A stretch of DNA of 32,000 nt from Okeania sp. (GCF_035285525.1 NZ_JAYKGW010000175.1:1-32000), one strand, 5' to 3'; positions 17,794-26,329 are shown, counted from the stretch's first letter. The notes: generated from the letters alone by a model not told the origin. Program-made: numbers and translations.

Positions 17794-19251
17794 TTAGTCG
17801 TTGTCGTTATCATTCTCAAAATAGTCGTCGTTATCATCATCAAAATAGCCGTCGTTATCATTCTCAAAATAGTCGTCGTTATCATCATCAAAATAGCCGT
17901 CGTCATAGTTACCAGAATAGTCGTCCCTATCATCATCAAAATAGCCGTCGTCATAGTTACCAGAATAGCCGTCCCTATCATCATCAAAATAGCCGTCGTT
18001 ATCAAAGAGACCTAATACATTTACTGCTTCTCCTTGATTTAAAGTTAAAAATTGATTATCTGGTAAATCTTCTGCCTCCACTAAGATTTGATTACCATTA
18101 ACATCCAAGATAAACTCATCATTGTCAACTACACCTACCACCGTACCAGAAATAGAATTGAGTCCTGTAGGAGGTACAAATACACTATTAAAGACTAAAG
18201 AGCCATCTGAACGACTAATAGAGAAAGCTTCAAATTCATTTTCATTCTCATAGGAATTATTATCAAAGAGACCCAATACATTGAGTGGTTCTCCTGGAGC
18301 TAAAGTTAAAAATTGATTATCTGGTAAATCTTCTGCCTCCACTAAAAATTGAGTACCGTTGGCATCCTGTAGGAAAAACTCATCATTGTCTACTACATTT
18401 ACCACTGTACCAAAAATAGGATTGAGTCCTGTAGGAGGTACAAACGCACTATTAAAGACTAAAAAGCCATCTGGACGACTAATAGAGAAAGCTTCAAATT
18501 CATTAACTGTAACAGCAGTAGGAGTTACTTGAGGATTAGTTATAGAGCTAATTCCTGTGTTGGTAAAAACAGGGGAACCGTCTAAACGAGTAACAGAGTA
18601 AGCCTCAAAATCATCATCATCAGCAGTTCCAAATACATTAACTTGTTCCCCTGGTACTAAACCTAAAAATTGAGTATCTGGTAATTCTGTATCCACCAAG
18701 ACTGGCAAACCATTAGCATCTACTAAAAGAAACTCATCATTGTCTACTATCTGTGTTACTGTACCTGAAATAGTAGTTCCTTGGGGAGCGCTATAGACAG
18801 AGGAACCATCTAAACGAGTAACAGAGTAAGCCTCAAAATCATCATCATCAATAGTTCCTAATACATTGACTTGTTCCCCTGGTACTAAACCTAAAAATTG
18901 AGTATCTGGTAAATCTGTATCCACTAATATTTGAGTACCATTAGCATCCTGTAGAAGAAACTCATCATTATCAACTAAACCTACTACTGTACCTGAAATA
19001 GGGATTCCGGTAAGACTATCGGAACCAAAAACTTGACTAGCTGAAATAGTTGCATCTTCTGGTTCGGGAACAATTTCGACGTCGTTAATGTTTACCCCTG
19101 ATTGATTAGTGTTGAAAGGTGGGATATCTGCAATACTACCACTACCATTAAAATTTTGGGTAAAGTTACCTCCATTATCCATGAAACCACCAAAAATTCC
19201 ATTGCTAGAAAAGTCTGGTTGAGTTGGAAAAGAATTTAAGTCGTCAATCAT
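17794..19251 (-). CDS. Four tandem BOF/YgiW-like OB-fold modules plus a 69-aa Asp/Tyr/Gly/Asn-rich acidic tail; no signal peptide
   Basis: 485 aa with AGGAG 9 nt upstream of the ATG. Modules at aa 85-153, 161-229, 279-355 and 367-418 share GTV..VDNDEF.L.DANG...LV...LPD.QFL.L.PGE..NV.G..D...FEA.S..R.DG. Confidence 0.85.
   Translation of the reverse strand: MIDDLNSFPTQPDFSSNGIFGGFMDNGGNFTQNFNGSGSIADIPPFNTNQSGVNINDVEIVPEPEDATISASQVFGSDSLTGIPISGTVVGLVDNDEFLLQDANGTQILVDTDLPDTQFLGLVPGEQVNVLGTIDDDDFEAYSVTRLDGSSVYSAPQGTTISGTVTQIVDNDEFLLVDANGLPVLVDTELPDTQFLGLVPGEQVNVFGTADDDDFEAYSVTRLDGSPVFTNTGISSITNPQVTPTAVTVNEFEAFSISRPDGFLVFNSAFVPPTGLNPIFGTVVNVVDNDEFFLQDANGTQFLVEAEDLPDNQFLTLAPGEPLNVLGLFDNNSYENENEFEAFSISRSDGSLVFNSVFVPPTGLNSISGTVVGVVDNDEFILDVNGNQILVEAEDLPDNQFLTLNQGEAVNVLGLFDNDGYFDDDRDGYSGNYDDGYFDDDRDDYSGNYDDGYFDDDNDDYFENDNDGYFDDDNDDYFENDNDND
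17806..17997 (-). repeat. Four tandem 48-nt coding repeats (two near-identical pairs) encoding DGYFDDD(R/N)D(G/D)Y(S/F)(G/E)N(Y/D)(D/N)
   Basis: Read directly in nucleotide and protein sequence. Confidence 0.9.
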
Positions 19252-19466
19252 TTTTCATCTCCTGATTTAGATAATTTTAGATTTAAGTGTTCTTTTTGCA
19301 GTCAAGTTCTGTTTGAGTTATTAGCTATCCCCTCTAATTTCAGGTTGTTGCTCTTCTTTGATAGTCAAAGAATTAAACGCACTACCGTTATATTTACCAC
19401 TAGAACTAATTTGGAAGTATGCTAGAGAAAGTGTTCCTAATATCAAAAAAAAAAGAATTGGACACT

Positions 19467-19661
19467 AAATCCGGTTAATATACACCACACATTAAGTCAA
19501 CTAAAATCTATATATATCTGGGTTTGATCTACTTAAGATTGTGGTCTATAAGTCGAATTTGGTTACAGTTTCTAGATTAGTGAACAAAAGTAAAAAACTA
19601 GAAAAGATATTGCATATTTATTATTTCTTAAGGTTTGAGATTTTTATTTGGGCAAATAGCC
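19467..19661. repeat. Copy 1 of a roughly 195-200 nt dispersed repeat beginning AAATCCGGTT, 216-410 nt upstream of the 485-aa gene
   Basis: Aligns along its whole length with 20150-20349, mostly identical by eye. Confidence 0.8.
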
Positions 19662-19722
19662 ATTTGTTCCTACACTTCCCACCTTTCTTACTTTTCCTAA
19701 ACTCTGCTTTTTTCAGTAAACC

Positions 19723-20013
19723 CTAGTCAATATCAGTACCTCTTCTTTTTCTGAATACACCACTCATAGTAATACCCGTAACCATCATGAAAATTAATCC
19801 GATACCATTTAAAAGTACATAAATAGGTTTAAGATCGTCTCCTAAGTATGAAGCTTGGTGAATTACCATGAAAATTTCTGCTTGCTCTTTAGACATACCA
19901 AACCAACTTTTACCAAGTCGATAACCTATTCCTGTGATTACAGTTAGAAATAATGGTAGAAAAACCATCGGTGCTAATATTCGATGCCATTTACGATATT
20001 TTTTGTCGTTCAT
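19723..20013 (-). CDS. Small (96 aa) two-TM membrane protein with a PepSY-associated-TM-like motif
   Basis: KWHRILAPMVFLPLFLTVITGIGY resembles the PepSY_TM helix signature; second TM near the C-terminus. Confidence 0.6.
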   Translation of the reverse strand: MNDKKYRKWHRILAPMVFLPLFLTVITGIGYRLGKSWFGMSKEQAEIFMVIHQASYLGDDLKPIYVLLNGIGLIFMMVTGITMSGVFRKRRGTDID

Positions 20014-20149
20014 CTTTCTTAAGTTTCCTAGTAAATAAAATTTAAAATTAATCAGTTTTCTATTTGACTAATGCTTCAGAAGTTAGCGACTTCATAGGTT
20101 TGAACTTCCCCTAGAAACCAAATTTCTTTGCGTCAGTCCTGTTGAGACC

Positions 20150-20349
20150 AAATCCGGTTTATATACACCATATATTAATTCAACTACAATCTATATATAT
20201 TTAGCTTTTGTTAACTTAAAATAGTGGTTTATAAAGTAGTCGAATTTGGTTATGGTTTCTAGATTAGCGAGCAAAAGTAAAAAACTAGGAAAGATATTGC
20301 ATATTTATTACTTCTTAAGATTTGAGATTTTCGATATGCGATAAATGGC
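20150..20349. repeat. Copy 2 of the roughly 200-nt repeat, 137-336 nt upstream of the PepSY-TM-like gene
   Basis: See 19467-19661. Confidence 0.8.
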
Positions 20350-20560
20350 TTAAGTGTTATTTCGGAATTATTTCTACTATTTTATTCGGTGAATTAAGAT
20401 ACTTAAATTCTGAAATTGAAATACTTACAGAGGTTTTAGCATACATTAAATGCCACAAAATGTAGCACATACAAAGTAAAGCTTGACTAAGTATTTATAC
20501 GTAAACATCGGCAAAAAGTATTGCCAAAACTTTCTGGAGTAGTTAATATAGTTAATAAAT

Positions 20561-20664
20561 AAATCCGGTTCTCACATACTTTTATATTTTCGTATCCTAG
20601 GCTCTTAATAGAAAAGAATTAAGAATTTTTCAATTCTTATAAAAAGGTTTTGAGGGTCGGATTT
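20561..20664. mobile_element. Possible small MITE with AAATCCGG / TCGGATTT ends
   Basis: 7 of 8 TIR bases match; same terminal motif as the 928-1057 and 23522-23660 elements. Confidence 0.35.
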
Positions 20665-20969
20665 GATATAAAAAAAAACAACGAAATAATAGCTTGGAAT
20701 AGTAATTTTAGTAACTTGAAGATAAAGTTACTCTCTTCTTATTTCTTTGTAACAAATAGGAAGACTAAATTATTTTGAAAAAGCTATCCATTTCTGCTGC
20801 TACCAATACGATCGTTACTTTGCTAAAAGTCTTTTATTACCTAGCTTTTAGCAATCATAAATTCAGTTGAAAATAGTTTTAAAATCTAAGTATAAAAACT
20901 GATTCAGGGCCTCAGCATTTACTTTTTGTTTTTATTAATCACAAAGTGCAATTTTCGGAGGCAAATTTA

Positions 20970-21206
20970 ATGAAACTTATTTATCGTGGGACGAGTTATG
21001 AATATAATCCCACTAACGTTGAAGGGCTTTCTAGTGTCACAACAGGTAAGTATCGTGGTGTAGAATTTCAGTTCAGCAAAGTTGAAAAAGTACCAGTTAT
21101 GCAAACACACTATAATTTGACCTATCGTGGGGTGAAATACAACGTTAAACCTAATACCGATTATGTTTTCCCTGCTTCCGGGAAAGTTGGTAGTGTAATT
21201 TCCTAA
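20970..21206 (+). CDS. DUF4278 domain protein
   Basis: MKLIYRGTSYEY...YRGVEF...LTYRGVKY repeats are typical of DUF4278. GGAGG lies 8 nt upstream of ATG 20970, preferred over the GTG at 20946. Confidence 0.75.
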   Translation: MKLIYRGTSYEYNPTNVEGLSSVTTGKYRGVEFQFSKVEKVPVMQTHYNLTYRGVKYNVKPNTDYVFPASGKVGSVIS

Positions 21207-21225
21207 GTTTTATAACTCTAGGGAA

Positions 21226-21258
21226 AGAAACCCGGTTTCTTGTAAAAACCGGGTTTCT
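21226..21258. terminator. Perfect 13-bp-stem hairpin between the convergent DUF4278 and histidine kinase genes (candidate bidirectional terminator; part of a repeat element reaching 21300)
   Basis: AGAAACCCGGTTT-cttgtaa-AAACCGGGTTTCT read directly. Confidence 0.55.
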
Positions 21259-21287
21259 GGGTTCACCCTTGCTACACTCTGCTTTTT

Positions 21288-22757
21288 TCAGCAAGCCCTA
21301 TGTAGGGAAAAATGACCATTCGCTCCTGCATTCTCTGTCTTCCGACACTCCTGAAACTCCCGATCGCCTTTCTTAATAATTGGCAGTTTTATGGAAAAGC
21401 AAGTCCCCACACCCACCTTACTGCTGACATCAATCTTACCTCCGTGAATCTGAACTAAAGTTTGAGCGATCGCCATACCTAACCCTGTCCCTTTTCGTCG
21501 TTCACTTTTGGCCCGCTCGCTCCGCCACAAACGTTCAAATATATGGGGTAATTCCTCTGGAGAAATTCCAATTCCCGTATCTTTCACCGCCACAATTGCT
21601 GTTTCATTATCCGCAAACAAAGAAACCGTTACTTTTCCTCCCGTTGGCGTGTATTGCACAGCATTCTCAATTAAATTAGAAAATACCCTTTGTAACTGTT
21701 GCCCATTCCCCAAAACCCAGATATCCGAATCAAGATTAGCATTCAGCTCAATTTCTTTTTCTTCTGCTTCAATACTAATAAACTCAATAGTATCCTCCAA
21801 TATTTCATCTAACGGTAGAGGAATTTTATCCACACTCATCAAAGCTACGGAACCATCTAAACGAGCTAACAACAATAAATCTTCTACCAAACTGGTCATC
21901 CGATAACTAGCATCAGCGATGGCCTCTACCTTATTTTTGTCCACTGGAGCGATTCGTTCGGGATGACTTTGCAGAACAGAAATTGAACTCTTAATCACTG
22001 TAAGTGGACTTCTTAATTCGTGAGACGCATCAGCAGTAAACTGTTTCAACCTCTCAAAACTCTGAGCAACGGATTGTAGAGATTTATCAGTCAACCAAAT
22101 TGCCCCCCATGTAGTTAAGCTAACTGCCACCACTCCACCAAATATTAATCCCCATCGCAGTCTTTCCAACTCAACATCCAAAACCTCAGTAACATGACTA
22201 GCGCGAATATAGCCAGATAGCACCTTTGTCTCACCTCTTGGAGCTGTGTAATACACTGGCAGAGCTAAACTACGAATCTTGTTTTTTTCTAGAATATGAC
22301 TAGCATGGTCTAAATTTTCAGATATCGGCCAGTCAACATCCACATCCCCTTCTTGAATTATCAATTTTTGCTCTTCATCAAACCATTCTACACCCTGAGC
22401 ATAGTAAAGCGGACGGTGTTTGGGAACCGCCAGAGTTCCGTGGCGATCGTATCCTGCTAGTAGGTCGGCAAGTTTGGGATAAGTTTCTGGATAATTACTT
22501 TTGTAATGTTGTTCTGCTTCTTTGTCATCATAATCTCCAATTTCTTGTTCCTCAGATTCGTGTTTGACAATTTCTAAGGTTTGAGATGCTGCTTCTGCTA
22601 ACTGGAGTAAATAGTCATTAAATTGTTGGTTGAGGTTGTAAGCTAACCAACGTTCCACAACTAAAAATGATATGCCCAAGGTGGCTATCATTATTCCTAC
22701 ATAAAAGCGCAAAAGTACTAAGCGTAAAGATTTTAACTGTTGTTTAAAATTAGACAT
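21288..22757 (-). CDS. Sensor histidine kinase (two TM helices, extracytoplasmic sensor region, HisKA, HATPase_c)
   Basis: H-box FTADASHELRSPL, N-box NLIENAVQYT, G-boxes DTGIGI and GTGLGMAIA. Start chosen at the ATG overlapping the RR stop (ATGTCTAA); the ORF also runs open to 22796. Confidence 0.85.
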   Translation of the reverse strand: MSNFKQQLKSLRLVLLRFYVGIMIATLGISFLVVERWLAYNLNQQFNDYLLQLAEAASQTLEIVKHESEEQEIGDYDDKEAEQHYKSNYPETYPKLADLLAGYDRHGTLAVPKHRPLYYAQGVEWFDEEQKLIIQEGDVDVDWPISENLDHASHILEKNKIRSLALPVYYTAPRGETKVLSGYIRASHVTEVLDVELERLRWGLIFGGVVAVSLTTWGAIWLTDKSLQSVAQSFERLKQFTADASHELRSPLTVIKSSISVLQSHPERIAPVDKNKVEAIADASYRMTSLVEDLLLLARLDGSVALMSVDKIPLPLDEILEDTIEFISIEAEEKEIELNANLDSDIWVLGNGQQLQRVFSNLIENAVQYTPTGGKVTVSLFADNETAIVAVKDTGIGISPEELPHIFERLWRSERAKSERRKGTGLGMAIAQTLVQIHGGKIDVSSKVGVGTCFSIKLPIIKKGDREFQECRKTENAGANGHFSLHRAC

Positions 22758-23427
22758 TAGGATTAAGTCGATAACCGACTCCGTAAATATTTTCAATAAA
22801 GTTTGCAGGAGCGCCTGCCTTTTTTAACTTAGAGCGCAACCCACGGATATGAACTTTAACCGTTTCTTCTTCTGGAGGATCTTCAAATTCCCAGAGATTA
22901 TCCAGAATAGCACGACGACTGAGAATACGACTATTACTACGGAGTAATAATTCTAGTAAGGCATGTTCTTTCGGGGTCAGTTGTAATGGTTGTTCGTTAT
23001 ACTTAACTTCACAACTACTAGGGTCAAAATAAAGTCGTTCCCATTCTAAAATAGGAGGTAATGTGGTTTCTTGACGTCTCAATAAAGCGCGGATTCTAGC
23101 TAATAACTCTTTTGTGTCAAAAGGTTTAACAACGTAATCATCAGCTCCCACATCTAATCCTAAAACTCGGTCATCGCTGGTATCTTTACCTGTCAGCATT
23201 AATATTAATGTCCGGTCTCCAGAATTTCGTAACTGCTGACAAACATTGATACCATTCAGTTTAGGTAAAATTATGTCCAGGACAATTAAATCGTAAGTAA
23301 AAGTTTGGGCCAGGTTTAAACCTAATTCTCCATCTTCAGCAATTTCTACAACATAATTGCGATCGCGCAATGCTTCTGAAAGTGCATCGGCAATTTGTCG
23401 ATCATCTTCAACTAAAAGAATTTTCAT
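22750..23427 (-). CDS. OmpR-family response regulator (receiver plus winged-helix)
   Basis: MKILLVEDD...DLIVLDIILP...KPF; C-terminal LTPKEHALLELL...VKVHIRGLRSKL...IENIYGVGYRL. Upstream ORF extension to 23550 is repeat-derived. Confidence 0.9.
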   Translation of the reverse strand: MKILLVEDDRQIADALSEALRDRNYVVEIAEDGELGLNLAQTFTYDLIVLDIILPKLNGINVCQQLRNSGDRTLILMLTGKDTSDDRVLGLDVGADDYVVKPFDTKELLARIRALLRRQETTLPPILEWERLYFDPSSCEVKYNEQPLQLTPKEHALLELLLRSNSRILSRRAILDNLWEFEDPPEEETVKVHIRGLRSKLKKAGAPANFIENIYGVGYRLNPNV

Positions 23428-23570
23428 AATAAACTGGGAATCATATATAATTCCCCCAACCCCCCCTTTTTTGAAAGGCGGGAATAAGAGAAAAAATACG
23501 GAAATTATTTTTTTGTCATATAGAATCCGGTTACAAGTGTATATGTTCATAATTTTATCTACACTTCAAT

Positions 23571-23626
23571 CTCCCCATCTCCCCATTTCCCTATTTCCCC
23601 ATCTCCCCATCTCCCCATCTCCCACA
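23571..23626. repeat. Octamer tandem array (CTCCCCAT)x7 with variants
   Basis: Read directly; lies in the response-regulator upstream region. Confidence 0.9.
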
Positions 23627-23680
23627 ACTATATAACGAGTATTCAACCGGATTTTATATCAAAGGTACATCTTCTAATTT

Positions 23681-23786
23681 TACAGCAGTTTTCAAGCACA
23701 GTAGGGACGTTGCATAAGAAAAATACGAAACGTCCCTACTAGGTTATCATTTTTTTATGTGGTTTATTGACCTGAAAACTGCTGTA
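23681..23786. mobile_element. MITE with perfect 14-bp TIRs TACAGCAGTTTTCA / TGAAAACTGCTGTA and internal hairpin GTAGGGACGTT...AACGTCCCTAC
   Basis: Read directly; degenerate relative at 13413-13505. Confidence 0.75.
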
Positions 23787-23981
23787 TAGAACCCATTTGA
23801 GATTTACTTAAGAAGAGTTGGGGAAATGGTTGATATGCAGCTATTTTTCTACCTTTTTCCCTATTCTATTTCTGAATCTCCCCTCCAGGGAGGGGTTAGG
23901 GGTGGGTTGTCTTCCGCTATCGTAGAGAAATTATCAATTCTTCTTTCCTGTTCCCTATTACCTCCATACCTATTTAGATGT

Positions 23982-24809
23982 CTATTGATTTCCCAAGTCC
24001 TGAGACCTTGCCATTGCTGCCAAGACAGCTTCAATGATAGCAGAACGAAAACCACAACTTTCTAACTCCGCAATACCACTAATAGTCGTTCCTCCAGGAC
24101 TTGTCACCCGGTCTTTTAACTGTGCAGGATGTATTCCCGACTCCTGTAATAAAACCGCTGTTCCCAAAATAGTTTGCAATGCCAATTTGTAAGCGATCGC
24201 TCTAGGCAAACCAGCACAAACTCCCCCATCTGTCAAGGATTCTATAAAAATACATACATAACCAGGTCCAGAACCAGATAACGCTGTAACCGCATCCATT
24301 AAATTTTCTGGTACTTCCACCACCTGACCTACAGATTCAAAAATGCGAGTTGCTAACTCCTGGTGTTCTGGTTTCACATTATGTCCCGCAGAGATAGCGC
24401 TCATACCTACACCCACTGTTGCCGGAGCATTAGGCATCACCCTAACCACAGGTTGTCCGGGAAAAGCTGCTTCCAACTTGTGTAAAGATACACCTGCCAT
24501 AATTGAAATTAGTAAAGGTAAAGTTGTTGTATGACTACCAACTTGCCAGTCTCCTAATTCTGATATAACACTATCAAATATTTGAGGTTTAACTGCTAAC
24601 AAAAAAGCCTCCGTTGCACTCGTAACTACTAAGTGATTATCTGTAGTTACTTCTACACCGTATTCTTGTGTTAAAAAATCTCTCCTTTGTTGCTGTGGAT
24701 CGCTGACTAAAATTTCTGATGGTTGATAAAGCTTTTGTTGCAATAGACGAGATAACAAAGCCTCTCCCATTACCCCACCACCGATTAAACCTAATTTAGT
24801 AGTTGCCAT
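23982..24809 (-). CDS. proC: Pyrroline-5-carboxylate reductase
   Basis: 275 aa; LGLIGGGVMGEAL Rossmann motif; C-terminal VTSPGGTTISGI signature. Confidence 0.9.
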   Translation of the reverse strand: MATTKLGLIGGGVMGEALLSRLLQQKLYQPSEILVSDPQQQRRDFLTQEYGVEVTTDNHLVVTSATEAFLLAVKPQIFDSVISELGDWQVGSHTTTLPLLISIMAGVSLHKLEAAFPGQPVVRVMPNAPATVGVGMSAISAGHNVKPEHQELATRIFESVGQVVEVPENLMDAVTALSGSGPGYVCIFIESLTDGGVCAGLPRAIAYKLALQTILGTAVLLQESGIHPAQLKDRVTSPGGTTISGIAELESCGFRSAIIEAVLAAMARSQDLGNQ

Positions 24810-24839
24810 TTTTGAACGTAAAAAATATTATAAATAAAT

Positions 24840-25173
24840 AGGACTTACGCATCAACGCTATTGGTGGTAGTAGATTTACACACCTTAAATGGTGTAATAG
24901 ATGTAGGTTGGGTTGTTTCGCCCTCCGCGACATGGAAAGCGGAGCATTCCCTATAGGAAAACGCGCACTTCGTTCCCTAGTATAGAACGTAGCTTGCTTC
25001 TGTGCAGGAGTAACCCAACAAAAATTTTGCTCCCCTACTCTTCTACTCCCCTACTCCCTAATCCACACTCATTAGCTGTGTCTCTCCAGTAGGGTGTGTT
25101 TCGCTGCGCGACATGAAAAGCGCACAACGCACAACGCACCAATACTATATATAGTGCCTTTGCGTAAGTCCTG
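24840..25173. mobile_element. Nested or clustered MITE copies (AGGACTTACGC at the left, GCGTAAGTCCTG at the right) with an internal CTACTCC-type heptamer tract (25031-25064)
   Basis: TIR motifs and similarity to the 13638 and 4882 elements. Confidence 0.55.
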
Positions 25174-25256
25174 ATCAACTGAGGAATTAGTAATAGAATG
25201 TACTAAACATTATTCAAAAATATATTCTCATTAAAAAGTTATATTTTTGTTTGATC

Positions 25257-25356
25257 CAGGACTTAGACAGAAACCGAGTTTATGAAATAAATTTCGTGGT
25301 TTGAACAACAATAACCAACGCAATAAACCCAGTTTCTTGGTTGCTTTGCCTAAGCC
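25257..25356. mobile_element. MITE copy (CAGGACTTAGACAGAAACCGAGTTT...), right end degenerate
   Basis: Direct repeat of 26227-26329. Confidence 0.7.
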
Positions 25357-25420
25357 ATCCAAAGTGAAACTATCATCCCAATTCCAACCATGACGTGCTA
25401 CAAAGCGCGTGTTTAGCTAG

Positions 25421-26105
25421 TCAGGTTTTTTGTGAGTTATTTGGGTAGAGTTCTGTTTTCAATCCTAGTACCATGATTATCAATCTTTCTAACAACTTGA
25501 GCGACTTCCTCTTGTCATCCCAGTAATAGTTTTTGTGTTTTTTTGATCTAGAACCGTAAAGCCTAGCTGAAAAAACTGTGATTATTTCTAGTACATCTTG
25601 AGCGAGTTCTTCTTCAAAACTTGGTTGTTCACCTTTGTTAATAATAACTATCTCAATCCCCTGGAGTTCGCAAAAAGAAAAGACTAAGTTCAGCACCAAA
25701 ACTTAACAATCTATCCTTATGGGTTAATACTAATCGCTTAGTTTGCTTTCTTAAGATTTTTTCTAATAGTTTTTGCAACCCCTTTTTGCGATAGTTCATG
25801 CCAGAGCCTAAGTCTTTAATTATCTCAAATCTCCACCTTTGGCAGCACAACTAAGTTTCTAGCATTGCCTGTTGGCTTTCTAAATCTACTTTTTGGTCGT
25901 GACTACTGACTCTAGCATAACAAATAGTAGGACTGTCTCCATTTCCTAAATTGATAAGTTTAGAGGAATCATAGAATTTAGTACCAGCTTGACTTTTTCG
26001 ATCTGGTATCAGTTCTCCAGACAATTCCCATTTTCGGAGCGTATCAATGGACACTCCTAATAGTTTTGCTGCTGCACCTATCTTAATGAATCTATTAGTC
26101 ATCAT
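25421..26105 (-). mobile_element. IS607-family remnant: serine-recombinase transposase (MerR-like HTH plus resolvase domain) with an in-frame TAG and a frameshift, followed by only the first ~17 codons of a TnpB-like ORF
   Basis: IGAAAKLLGVSIDTLRKWE, catalytic YARVSSHDQ, then IKDLGSGMNYRKKGL after TAG at 25851-25853. Frame change near 25690-25700. MVLGLKTELYPNNSQKT resembles a TnpB N-terminus. Confidence 0.7.
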
Positions 26106-26226
26106 TATCAGTTTTACAACATAATCATAAGATTATAATAGATTATGTCAAGCTGTTATTTACCCTGTTATTATAACTTTTGTTTAGAAACCGGGTTGAT
26201 CGAGAAAATTCCGTGATTAAAAAAAT

Positions 26227-26329
26227 CAGGACTTAGACAGAAACCGAGTTTATGAAATAAATTTTTTGGTTTTAACAACAATAACCAACGGAATAAACCT
26301 GGTTTCTTGGTTGCTTTGCATAAGTCCTG
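26227..26329. mobile_element. MITE copy with both ends intact (CAGGACTTAG...CATAAGTCCTG)
   Basis: Direct repeat of 25257-25356. Confidence 0.75.

Noticed and set aside
17766-18101. Repetitive ORFs SRRYHHQNSRRYH (plus strand) and 17787-18005 (minus strand, other frame)
   Set aside because: These are artefacts of the 48-nt tandem repeats. The frame encoding DGYFDDD is continuous with the 485-aa OB-fold protein.
19300-19450. Possible small minus-strand ORF (...LILGTLSLAYFQISSSGKYNGSAFNSLTIKEEQQPEIRGDS) upstream of the 485-aa gene
   Set aside because: It has no ATG, only a possible TTG after a T10 run, and no RBS was recognised. It may be a gene remnant, but the evidence is too weak to annotate.
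19541-19726. 61-aa plus-strand ORF
   Set aside because: It lies inside the duplicated 200-nt repeat and AT-rich spacer. The frame is not preserved in the second copy.
22758-23550. Longer 5' extensions of the HK (to 22796) and RR (to 23550) ORFs
   Set aside because: The RR extension translates the C/G palindromic repeat (PPFKKGGVGG), and the canonical receiver start MKILLVEDD follows it. The HK ATG at 22757 gives a typical 8-nt overlap with the RR stop, although the 22796 start cannot be excluded.
23826-24065. ORFs 23826-24065 (plus strand) and 23861-24055 (minus strand)
   Set aside because: They span a copy of the GGGGTTAGGGGTGGG palindromic repeat and the 3' end of proC, and have no protein-like features.
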